Shown here: positions 54,871 to 64,000 of the stretch, piece after piece
Position numbering within the stretch: position 1 is the stretch's first letter
Layout: each line of letters begins with the position of its first letter
From: an uncultured archaeon
Lineage (GTDB): Archaea; Thermoproteota; Bathyarchaeia; Bathyarchaeales; Bathycorpusculaceae
Direction of reading: 5' to 3'
NCBI GenBank assembly: GCA_963782915.1
Contig: CAWALK010000015.1
Span: forward strand, 64,001 to 128,000
DNA: 64,000 nt
The notes under the pieces: model-generated
Told to the model about the DNA's origin: nothing
Database searches by the model: none
Seen by the model: only the letters and a program-made list of their open reading frames with translations
Translations under genes and position numbers: made by a program

Positions 54871-55920
54871 CTATCCGCACTCCCCATGGCAATCGCCTTC
54901 ATGCGCTACCTCCCAAAGCGGTGTCCCATCCTCAGCAAACATGCTTAGGACTTCGCCTTTTCGAGTAAGCAAGAGTTTAGAATTGCCTAAGTATCGAATA
55001 TGGACTAATTCTGAATTGCAGATTGGACACTTATGTTGAATTCCAACGTCTTTATCATCGTTGATTATCTCCAGCTTTCGATAGGAGCAAGCACCGAACC
55101 ATGTTGTCGCATGAGATTTTTTAGAGCCTCTTTGAATAGAGCAGTGATTTAACTGATACCAGCAAGTTCCGCCGACAGTCTTGCGTTTGTCTAAGACTTT
55201 GACAACCCAGCCGTCCTTTTTGTTTTCACGTCTTGTGATGCCTTCAAAGCCTTTGCAGGCGTAGCAGTCACCGCCTTTACATTTACGGCATAAACCGTAA
55301 CCTTCACCACCTACAAAGCCAAGTATGTGAAAGTGTGGACTCCAGCGCCAGCCAAAAGGCACACCTTTAATGCGTGCTTCTTTTCGATTGGCATAGCGGA
55401 AGCCATGAAAGATCATGGAGCCCCCGATTATGCCCCGATTAGCCATTAAACGAACTGCTTTTTTGCGTAGAACATCAAGACTTAAACCATAATCTTCGCT
55501 TCTGAACACTTACTACTATATGTTCTACTGGAAGCCCGAAGCGGTTTGAGGCTACTTTTAAACGTTCTTCCATTCGGTAAGCTTCTCTGACCAGCCCATC
55601 CATACTTGAAACAAATCGGACAAGTAGGTTTATCGCATGAGTGATAAATGGGTTTAACAAAAACTGAATCCTTTGCTAAACCCTCATTAAAGAAACGGGT
55701 TTGATTGTGAGCCTCATAATTTAGGCAGCCCATATATTTGTTGAATGTTCCGCATTTAGGGGATGTCTGTGGTCCATGACCGACAACCTCGTTTTCGCCA
55801 TAACTCCAGAAGTCATTTCTAATTATTGGTTTTTTGTCTGATTCGAACGGTTGATTATATTCAAGCCAAGCAGTTCTCTATTGCGATATTCTGATTATTT
55901 TTTAATTGACTGTTTTCCAA
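54871..55920 (-). CDS. rep: HUH rolling-circle replication initiator with Zn fingers, about three frameshifts
   Basis: CDKPTCPIC Zn finger; HIVVS (motif I); SPHFHILG (motif II, HUH); WYQLNH (motif III Tyr); WFGACSY; CPIC. Confidence 0.82.
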
Positions 55921-55996
55921 GTGTTACACCGAAACATTAAGTGCCAACCGTTAATAATAGGAACCGTATAACGTGGTAGAATTCGGAGTACATACT

Positions 55997-56626
55997 ATGT
56001 CCCAGCCTACAGAGGGAGAACATACATCAAAAGGAGTAACGGAAAACCAGTATTTGCCACCATTGCAGAAGCAAATTCTACTTTTCCTCGCTGAGAACCA
56101 TCCTCAATCTAAGATACAGCGTGTCAAAAGGGATGAAGGGATACTACAAATCGGTATATGACGCGATTGATGACCTCATTGAGAAAAAGATACTGGTAGA
56201 AATCAAAGAAGAGGAATACCGAAACCAAAAACACTTAGCGTATTGGCTTACACCCGCGGGAGTATTCATCGCACTTGTTCAAGGAGCCAAGGCTAAAACA
56301 GTCCTTAACAGAACAATCGCAGTTTATCCTGATAACAAGCATGCTTCAATGTATAGTTGAACTCACAACCATTCATAGGTACTGACGTACACCAGATAGG
56401 CTATCAGGCAATTCTCAAAAAAGGTAAATTAGAAAAAAGCGATATTTCGTTAATGTTGGGAACAATGCTTTTGAGGGAATTGAGTTTAGAGCAAGTTACC
56501 CAATTAATAGCTCTTATGAAAAAATATCCAGAGCAATATGGAGACTTAAAGCAACAAACAGATGAAACACTTGAAAAAATGAAGAAGGCTGAATTATTCT
56601 TTAAGGATGCTTTTGAGAAAAGTTAA
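55997..56626 (+). CDS. Winged-helix protein divergent from rep, two frameshifts
   Basis: LPPLQKQILLFL, YKSVYDAIDDLIEKKIL and YWLTPAG. Confidence 0.65.
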
Positions 56627-56657
56627 GGATTGACACCGCTCCGTTAGAGAGAAAGTG

Positions 56658-56691
56658 GGAAGCGAGCAACCACAAGGGTTGCCGCCGACTA
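56658..56691 (+). repeat. Repeat B1 (bulged hairpin plus CCGACTA)
   Basis: GGAAGCGAGCAACCACAAGGGTTGCCGCCGACTA, 34 bp identical to 58592-58625. Confidence 0.92.
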
Positions 56692-56750
56692 ACGGTTTTT
56701 GTTTTTAATTTTTTGTAAATTAACTGATGACTTTTTTCTTTAAGGGTTGA

Positions 56751-58121
56751 TTAGGAAAGCGGGCGCTTTCTGTATTTATTTTCCTTTTTGCGATACAGCG
56801 CAAGAGTGACTAAGATAATAACAATTACTGGGACACCGATTATCGCCAATTCAATAGGAAAACTCGAAGGTGCATTAATGGTAAAATAGATTGTTTCTGA
56901 TGCATTCATACTGCCATATGTGTCATTCGCGTAGACAGTAAGGTTATGAGCACCATTTGAAAGATCGACTAAAGATAAGTTGTTGGTAAAGGTGACGTTA
57001 TTTTGACCGTCAAGGCTGTAACCACTCCAACTTATGGGCTTATCAAAAGTAATATTCAAGGAAACATTTGATTGATTATATGATTGATTTTGTTTAACTG
57101 AAAAGTTGATTTGCGGTGGAGTGGAGTAGCCGATTGGCGTATACAAGTCATTTAAACCGCTCTGAATTCCTCGAAACTCTTGAAATGTTATACCACCAAT
57201 TGTATAAATAAGATCATTAATATTTGCCACTCCAAAATATTGTCGCACATTAAGCATAGGTGTGCCTTCAGTCCAACTGTCGTTTTCCATATAATATGCT
57301 TTAGTAAGCAGTTCAGCACGTCCCTCGGGGTAGGCATAACCAAAAACGTAAACTAACTTGGGTGCTTTTACGCCTGCAGTTGCAGCGATGCCTAAAATCG
57401 AGTAAAACTCGCAAGGAGTGCTTGCAGTCCAGTTATCGGTTGCGTGATTATAAGTATATAGCACAGGGTCACGCGAGCGAGCGCTAACGATTATCTTATC
57501 ATTAAAGACCGTTGATACTAACCCGAATTCCATATAGTCTATAGGTATTCTTGTTTTTGTAGTCCATGTTTCATTACCGATATTATAAACAAATGTGTCG
57601 CCGACTTGGAAAATATAAATTGAGTCGTTAATCACTTGGGTTGTGCAGAAACCAATGCCATTAGGTGCAGATTTCTTGGACTCCCATATGCCAGAAGTTG
57701 TGTTATAAACCTCAAATGCATTAGTGCCGACATGAACTTGACCCACAAGACCATTTAGCGCAGGTTCGGTATATGATTGCATTCCAGTAATTCCTCCAAT
57801 GCAATAAATCAAGTCCCTATACGCTGCTATAGCGAAAAATGCTCGAGGCGTGGGCATGCTCGTTTTTATAGCCCAATTATCCGTTGCTGGATCATATTCT
57901 TCGTTGTTGCTTAACCCACCTATCATATTTACTCCCAATGAACCACCAATAGCATAAATTTTGTCGCCAACAGTAACTGTTCCTAATCCTGCTCTTGCTT
58001 GATGCATGGCTGCTTTAGGCATCCATGAGTCACTAACGGGGGTTATTCCACTAACAGGCGTAATGGCAACTATGCAAGCGATTAAAATTAGGGCTGATAG
58101 CAATATTGTATAAATTTTCAT
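56751..58121 (-). CDS. Secreted Kelch-repeat protein with Ig-like domain and C-terminal TM
   Basis: KIYAIGG, EEYDPATDNW, MPTPR, LIYTIGG, YSLDGQ and NGAHNLTVYANDT. Confidence 0.88.
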   Translation of the reverse strand: MKIYTILLSALILIACIVAITPVSGITPVSDSWMPKAAMHQARAGLGTVTVGDKIYAIGGSLGVNMIGGLSNNEEYDPATDNWAIKTSMPTPRAFFAIAAYRDLIYCIGGITGMQSYTEPALNGLVGQVHVGTNAFEVYNTTSGIWESKKSAPNGIGFCTTQVINDSIYIFQVGDTFVYNIGNETWTTKTRIPIDYMEFGLVSTVFNDKIIVSARSRDPVLYTYNHATDNWTASTPCEFYSILGIAATAGVKAPKLVYVFGYAYPEGRAELLTKAYYMENDSWTEGTPMLNVRQYFGVANINDLIYTIGGITFQEFRGIQSGLNDLYTPIGYSTPPQINFSVKQNQSYNQSNVSLNITFDKPISWSGYSLDGQNNVTFTNNLSLVDLSNGAHNLTVYANDTYGSMNASETIYFTINAPSSFPIELAIIGVPVIVIILVTLALYRKKENKYRKRPLS

Positions 58122-58406
58122 TGCATCTTTCTTGAGCGATGAATAGTTATATAGTTTTACATTTTAGGTGGATCAATCAAATTGTGATTTTCAAATAAAA
58201 TATTTGAAAAAGGCTTATGAGTTGGTGCAAGGAAGCATCGCCCTGTGAATTTACAATAAAAGGATACTTGATAAATGTTATATTGGCGATTTTGAAAAAC
58301 CGCTTGATAAGCTTATGTCTGAACGTTTGAAGAAACAGGATTAAGGAGCAGGTAGTAGAATTTTTTAGCGCATGCTGTTTGAGCTATACTTCTGATACAT
58401 CTTTTC

Positions 58407-58625
58407 CTGGGACGGCGACATCATCCCCCGATGGAAAACACACCGTCCCCGACTAAAAAGCCTTGGGTTCAAAGGAGGAACAAAAGATGAAGAAACAAAC
58501 CCAAGACCCCCAACAAGTAAACCAACAGCCCCACGACATTGGTAAATTTCATTGTCTGCTTACGGATAGTAGGCTAGTAGAGAGAAATGTTGGAAGCGAG
58601 CAACCACAAGGGTTGCCGCCGACTA
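58407..58625 (+). mobile_element. 219-bp mini-element: repeat A2, integrase 5' stub, repeat B2
   Basis: Copy of the element's left end (about 140 bp including ATGAAGAAACAAACC) joined through about 45 bp to a B repeat. Confidence 0.75.
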
Positions 58626-58626
58626 C

Positions 58627-58977
58627 CTATAGGGATTTAGCGATTTTAGCTTTTTTGTATTCATTAAAGAAGGTTAAGGTTTCTTTCGCTGAGGTAACCA
58701 TTATGGTTTCGGTCTGAGTAAATGTAACGCGAGCCATATTTTCAGGCTCAAGCTCAAACTGCTTAAACGCCTCCATGCTGGGTGTCTCAAAGACAGCCCA
58801 TGAGGTATGCCCCCAGCGGTCAGTCCAAACACCTAAAACAGTTATACCATATTTGGCAGCAAGAGCGTCAATACTTTTCAACCAGCTCATCTTTATGTCT
58901 AAATTTCGGGGATTACCTAAAGGGCAGCTTTCAGGAGAGTGACTAATTACCTGCAAGATATGCATATTAATAACCAC
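58627..58977 (-). CDS. Small DUF3303/GYD-like protein
   Basis: HSPESCP, H..WAVFETPSME; stop codon is 1 nt from repeat B2. Confidence 0.7.
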   Translation of the reverse strand: MVINMHILQVISHSPESCPLGNPRNLDIKMSWLKSIDALAAKYGITVLGVWTDRWGHTSWAVFETPSMEAFKQFELEPENMARVTFTQTETIMVTSAKETLTFFNEYKKAKIAKSL

Positions 58978-59028
58978 TAAATGAAAGCGCTCAAATTTAA
59001 AAATGTAGCACTATAAAAGAGAAATCTT

Positions 59029-59060
59029 AAGCGAGCAACCACAAAGGTTGCCGCCGACTA
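59029..59060 (+). repeat. Repeat B3
   Basis: 31/32 match to B1; the only change is in the loop. Confidence 0.9.
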
Positions 59061-59249
59061 AAGGACGCCCCGACCTGACTGGCGCTTCACCCATCGTATC
59101 TAAAGAAAGAAGAAAAATAATCACACTCTTTGACCCCTAAATCCTCTTTCCCCTATCTTAGGGAATACAGGGGACTTTTGGACACTAAAGGGCACCCTCC
59201 TCGCACCTAAGGACTCTGTTTTTGCCCTTTGCTAAAAAACTATATAGAG

Positions 59250-60719
59250 TCACGGACGAGTAAATGGCAGTTTTATTATGAATTTTGTTCCTTTGCCTAC
59301 TTCACTTTCAAAACTTATTGTTCCGCCTTGAGCTTCAACCATACGCTTTACAACAACTAGTCCAAAGCCTTGACCTTTAGCTTTAGTGGTAAATAAGGGT
59401 GTAAATAGTTTCTTTTGCACTTCTTTTTGGATACCAACGCCCGTATCTTCAATGGTTATGATGGCTTGGGTATCTTTTCTGCTGGCTTTAGCAGTTAATA
59501 TGCCCCCCTTTGGCATTGCCTGAATTGCGTTATTCACTAGATTTGTTAAGATTCTTCTCATAAAAGTTGGGTCAAGCTTAAGCTTAGGCATAGCTTCTTC
59601 GCAGTCTGCATTTGCTTGAATGTTATCTGGAATAATTATCGTTTTTATTGACTCAGGTATAAGTTGGCAAAGCTCAACTTCAACAAGGTTAGGTTGCAAG
59701 GTTTTAGAGTAGTCTTGCAAATCAGAAACAATCCTGTTAATGTAGTCAACTTGGTCTTGAATTACGTTAATGCTTTCTAATGTATCCTGTTTGATTTGAC
59801 TTTGCGGAGCTTCATTTATTGACTGTTTTTCAATATATAATTCACTAGTTATAGTCTGTAGTGGGTTACGAATGTCATGCCCAACCATGCCTGCAACTTG
59901 TCCAATAGTTACCATGTGCTCATTTTCTTGGAGTTGCTTTTCCATTCGTCTTCTTTCGGTTATGTTTTGCATGTAACCAATTATGCGTGTTGGGTTTCCT
60001 GCTTTATCTTTTAAAACCTTTGAAGCGCCTTGCACGATTATGTAGCCGCCGTCTTTGTGTTGTATGCGGTATTCATTTACCACCTTATCGGCAGAATCGG
60101 TTGGATAAAACTGCTCTTTGACCTTTGCCTTGTCATCTGGGTGCATTTGGCTAATCCACCAATCAACCGTATCAGGAACTTCGCCTGCGGTGTAGCCTAA
60201 AAGCTCTTCTAAGCCTCTAATAATTGTGATGCGATTGGTTTTTTGGTCGATTTCATAAATCATCATGCCAGCAGCTTCAACTACATAATTCAGTCGCTGG
60301 TTGCTTTCCACAAGCCAGCTGTCAACAGTTACCCTTTCAGTAACATCACGGGTTATCGACATTAAGCCGGCTTTGTTGCCCGCTTCATCTTTTAGCACAT
60401 TAATGGTTGTGTTATAAACTGTTTTTGTGCCATCAGGTTGTTGCTGAATGTTAATGCCTTGCCAGTATCCTTGATGCTTTAATGCTAAAAACGCCGTGTG
60501 CTCATCTTCTGGGCTAAACCATAGCTGCCTGTAAAATTGGGTTAGTTTTAAGCCGATGGCTTTTGCTTTGTCTATGTTATATCGTTGTGCTGATGCCTTA
60601 TTTAGGTAAATTAGTCGATCTTGGTTGTCGACCACTACAATGGCATCTCTAATTTGGTCGAAAGCACCAGTTTTCAATAAAAAATCTTTCTCGTTAACTG
60701 AAGCATCAGAAGTCGACAT
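59250..60719 (-). CDS. PAS-PAS histidine kinase
   Basis: PAS domains; GHDIRNPL; NLVNNA; GQGFGL. Confidence 0.9.
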   Translation of the reverse strand: MSTSDASVNEKDFLLKTGAFDQIRDAIVVVDNQDRLIYLNKASAQRYNIDKAKAIGLKLTQFYRQLWFSPEDEHTAFLALKHQGYWQGINIQQQPDGTKTVYNTTINVLKDEAGNKAGLMSITRDVTERVTVDSWLVESNQRLNYVVEAAGMMIYEIDQKTNRITIIRGLEELLGYTAGEVPDTVDWWISQMHPDDKAKVKEQFYPTDSADKVVNEYRIQHKDGGYIIVQGASKVLKDKAGNPTRIIGYMQNITERRRMEKQLQENEHMVTIGQVAGMVGHDIRNPLQTITSELYIEKQSINEAPQSQIKQDTLESINVIQDQVDYINRIVSDLQDYSKTLQPNLVEVELCQLIPESIKTIIIPDNIQANADCEEAMPKLKLDPTFMRRILTNLVNNAIQAMPKGGILTAKASRKDTQAIITIEDTGVGIQKEVQKKLFTPLFTTKAKGQGFGLVVVKRMVEAQGGTISFESEVGKGTKFIIKLPFTRP

Positions 60720-60982
60720 TAGAACACACAATAGTAGGAATAACCTGCAATTATTATTTTTTGTGCAAATTGAACGCCGTTAAACTGTGTGTATACGCTG
60801 GTGCTGCCGTTAAAAATTGAACCAAGCCGTTAAGACATTTTTCTGTGTGTTGCACCTGTGCTGAGGTTGTCCCAATTTGAACTAACACTTTTCACTTTAC
60901 CCGCCTGTCTAAAAGCGTATAACTGATGTAATAACAAGAAATTGAGGATAATACCTCAGTAAAAAATTACTTTACCCTAAGG

Positions 60983-61024
60983 CTGGGACGGCGACATCAT
61001 TCCCAATAGAATACGCTCCCCCGA
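60983..61024 (+). repeat. Repeat A3 (degenerate)
   Basis: CTGGGACGGCGACATCAT identical to A1/A2 for 18 bp, then decayed similarity. Confidence 0.8.
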
Positions 61025-61059
61025 TATTATTAATTTTAGCAGGGATTAAAAAAAAGCAG

Positions 61060-61390
61060 GTTAGTAGTTGTTGCTGCTGTTGTTGCTGCAACCCTGCCCC
61101 CACAATAGTTGCAACTACTAACAAAACTTGCGCTTGTCTTTTACACTAAAGACGGCTATGGAGTATAGCGTATTTTTTTGCCATTGGCAGAAAGAAACAA
61201 CAAAAACAGCTAACGCACAACATACTTCCCCATCCTCATCCCATCCCATCTACATAGCGCCATGTATCGGATGGGGCAAAAAAGTCTCTTATCCCATCCC
61301 AACGCAAACACAAAAACAGCCCGAACCAAAAAACCAACCGCCCCCACAACCCACCCATGGGATGGGGAAACTCGGGGCGATCCCATCCCC
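61060..61390. repeat. Cluster of inverted repeats
   Basis: GTTAGTAGTTG...CAACTACTAAC; two GGATGGG...CCCATCC hairpins at 61269-61300 and 61359-61390. Confidence 0.6.
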
Positions 61391-61911
61391 ACAAAGAACA
61401 AAAACAAACCCACCGCTTGACTTGCAGAGCACGCAGCAAAACAAACCACATCGTTTTTCTCAACTTTCCGGAAGCTAGTTATAAACCCTCAGTAATGAGC
61501 CAATCAGGGAAACCCACCGTTTATGTGCAGCCAAAAAAGCATTTTATCATGCGCCCACACCCACACAGCTTCAACATGGCGCCAATGTATCGAGTGTAGA
61601 GCAAAACATGCAGCCCACACTTAAAACAGGCATAGAAGAACAACCTAAATCCGAAAAGCAACGTAAACCGCAAACATAGGTGTGGTGTGGCAACATTAAA
61701 CGCCCATACCCACACAAAGAAGAAAAAACGAGACCACAAAAAACTAAATCCAACCAATACACCAACCATTCTCTAAGAGAAGTAATGTGCTAATCCTAAA
61801 AGCTGTAATTAAACAACAAGAATAAACACCGCAGATGAACCAACAAATACAAAAGTACTTCCAAAGAAAGGGAAAGCAACATAATCCCCTGTACACGGAA
61901 GCAAACGCTCA

Positions 61912-62172
61912 TTAAACGAGTTTTAATGCTTCGTCTCTTGGGATAGCTGTGAGGGCTTCTACGTCTGCGACGTCTGCGAAGGCGGGCATGAGTTTTATGG
62001 CGTCCTTCTCAGATGGCGCGTCCATGACGCATACGAAGTTGTAATGCCCCAAGGTCCAGTAAAGTTGTAGTTTGATGCCTTGTTTTTCGAGTTGTGCGTA
62101 GGTTTCGCTGAATTTAGCTAATACATCTTTTTTTACGGCTTGTTTCCATTTTAATAAAAATATGAAGATCAA
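61912..62172 (-). CDS. GYD domain protein
   Basis: LYWTLGHYNFVCVMDAPSE and ALTAIP. Confidence 0.75.
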   Translation of the reverse strand: MIFIFLLKWKQAVKKDVLAKFSETYAQLEKQGIKLQLYWTLGHYNFVCVMDAPSEKDAIKLMPAFADVADVEALTAIPRDEALKLV

Positions 62173-62325
62173 CGTTTTTCACCTCCCAAACAGGAAGTTA
62201 AGGAGTTATCGGCAAGACTAGTTAGATTGCATGTGTAGTTAAAATTTTCGTTGAGATACCATAGCTAAAAAGTTATTAGTACAATCCGCAAAAAGAACAA
62301 GTATCCAATCAAGAGTTGAGCGTAA

Positions 62326-62823
62326 ATGGAATCCTTCGACAAATACCTACCTGAATACAAAAAACAACTCCAAAAAGGCACCGTAAAAGCCGCATACCAA
62401 GGATTAATGAAGTACTTCGATAACCTGCGATTGCAACTAAAAACCAAGTACCCTGACTATTTCTTGTCCGATGTCCATTATGGGCTGATGGATTATACAT
62501 ACATCTATTTCTTCCCCAAATCGCTTAAACGCCAAAACCTAAAAGTCGTCATACTGTTCACCCATGAATCATTCAAGTTTGAGGTTCTATTGGCTGGCTA
62601 TAATAGGGCTGTTCAAGCAAAGTACTGGAAACTATTCAAAGAGAAAGGCTTTAACAAGTACCCTCTTACCCAAACTGCCACAGAAGCGGATCGTTTCGTG
62701 AGTTCGATTTTAGTTGACAACCCAGATTTCAGCAATTTGGATGCCCTAACAAACCAAATAGAAAGCGACACCTTGAAATTTATCAAGGATATTGAAGGCT
62801 TTTTAGCTGAAACTAAAAGATAG
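62326..62823 (+). CDS. Conserved hypothetical protein
   Basis: 165-aa ORF; AYQGLMKY, GLMDYTY and FEVLLAGYN. Confidence 0.75.
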   Translation: MESFDKYLPEYKKQLQKGTVKAAYQGLMKYFDNLRLQLKTKYPDYFLSDVHYGLMDYTYIYFFPKSLKRQNLKVVILFTHESFKFEVLLAGYNRAVQAKYWKLFKEKGFNKYPLTQTATEADRFVSSILVDNPDFSNLDALTNQIESDTLKFIKDIEGFLAETKR

Positions 62824-63352
62824 CTTTGGCGCTAAAATCCAAAGCGTATCACCTAAACAGCAAACTGCCAGGGTTTAAACAGCTATTAGGGCAGAACGAT
62901 ACCTGAAGCACAGAAGGTACGTCAGCCTCTTTGAGAAACAGAATATACATGGATACCGTTAGCTGTAGCATGCGTTTGCAAAGTTTTAAATCAAGAGCGC
63001 CCCATACGGGATAGCGGTTATAGTAATGAATAAACAAGAAAAGAAAATAATTCCTGAAAAGAGTAAGCCAGTAATAGCTTTGAAAAACGTTGTTCCAATT
63101 GATGATTCTAATACACGTGCGTTAAAGAAGGGCGGTAAATCAACCAGCGCAAAATAATCAACTTTATTTCTAAAAATTCTGTGTTAGACGTAGGAAAGGA
63201 AAGTAATAGGCGATTTTTGAACACATGACGCTTCGATCTTATAAACGTATAAAAGCCAAATTTTGCAGAAAGCAGGTTATTAGCGGTTACAGTGTTGGCT
63301 TGACTGAAAACTTTTTTATCAAGCTAATTCACGTTTACCCACAGGGATCGAT

Positions 63353-63898
63353 ATGGCAACTACCAAACATGGCTACGACCACTATGAACTGCTAAGCGCC
63401 CTCCAAAAATCCATCCGCAGAGGCATGGAGTACGAAGCGGTTCATTTCGCAGTTGAATTGGAAGAATTCAACCCAACGATGCTGTGGAATCGGCTCAGGG
63501 TTATTGCATGCGAAGATATTGGTCCCGCTAATCCTTCGATGCCCGTCTTGATTGATGTTTTGCAGAAAAATTATTTGGCTGAGAAATCTAAACTTGCCGA
63601 AAGCTCATACAAGCTGTTTCTGGTCAACGCAGTGGTGTGTTTGTGTTTTAGCCAAAAAAGCAGAATCACCGACGACCTGCTTAACGTAGTCTACACCGAA
63701 AGGGAAGCGGAAGGCAAGTTTCCACCGATTCCCGAGTTTGCCTTGGATAGGCATACTGCACGGGGCAAAGCTTTGGGAAAGGGCATAGAAGACTTCTTTT
63801 CTGAAGGCAATAAGCTGGAGAATGAGGCATTCATCAACCGTTATACTGAGCGGTCAAAAGAATTGCTCAAGAAGTACAGCGAAAAATCCCAAAAGTAG
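63353..63898 (+). CDS. Stand-alone RarA/MgsA C-terminal-like domain
   Basis: SALQKSIRRG, RLRVIACEDIG and PEFALDRHTARG; no Walker A. Confidence 0.75.
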   Translation: MATTKHGYDHYELLSALQKSIRRGMEYEAVHFAVELEEFNPTMLWNRLRVIACEDIGPANPSMPVLIDVLQKNYLAEKSKLAESSYKLFLVNAVVCLCFSQKSRITDDLLNVVYTEREAEGKFPPIPEFALDRHTARGKALGKGIEDFFSEGNKLENEAFINRYTERSKELLKKYSEKSQK

Positions 63899-64000
63899 CC
63901 CGAACATGGAAACGCTATAGATCCGTGCGCTTGGCATATTCACGCAGCCGTTGCAGTTGCCAGTCGCGTTCTTTGATTAACCCGTCTTCTGGATTGCCAG

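Larger units (their letters stand above)
52366..61024. mobile_element. Integrated tyrosine-recombinase/HUH-Rep element with cargo array
   Basis: Integrase, RCR Rep and wHTH genes; bounded and punctuated by A repeats (52366, 58407, 60983) and B repeats (56658, 58592, 59029). Confidence 0.8.

Noticed and set aside
55997-56008. GTCCCAGCCT at the wHTH start matches the reverse complement of the A3 edge
   Set aside because: Only 10 bp; plausible by chance
56658-59060. B repeats as a CRISPR array
   Set aside because: Spacing is about 1.9 kb and 0.4 kb with whole genes in between; no cas genes
56658-59060. B repeats as canonical integron attC sites
   Set aside because: Too short, no RYYYAAC/GTTRRRY boxes, and no IntI-specific insertion evident in the integrase; kept only as an analogy

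Overview
Archaeal chromosomal segment, probably Bathyarchaeia. This is inferred from the gene repertoire: paralogous membrane-anchored PQQ-like beta-propellers, DUF996, TrmB/PadR regulators and many soluble REC/PAS histidine kinases. Housekeeping genes are grpE-dnaK, trmI, asnS, a P-type ATPase, satP-acs, and CDF and MFS transporters. Many genes, including dnaK, are split by single-base indels, which suggests long-read consensus error. Two accessory loci stand out. (1) An AT-rich two-gene TIR-APAZ plus short prokaryotic Argonaute operon (SPARTA-type defence, 11.67-14.54 kb, minus strand) behind an archaeal TATA-like box. (2) An integrated element at about 52.4-61.0 kb encoding a tyrosine recombinase, a Zn-finger HUH rolling-circle Rep and a wHTH protein. 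It is punctuated by two hairpin repeat families (A x3, B x3); five of the six copies end in CCGACTA. Three co-oriented cargo genes are each followed by a B hairpin, like a cassette array, and there is a 219-bp A-B mini-element. Three homologous pairs (two gene 3' remnants and one intergenic repeat) lie in nested inverted order around about 17 kb. No rRNA, tRNA or CRISPR array was recognised.
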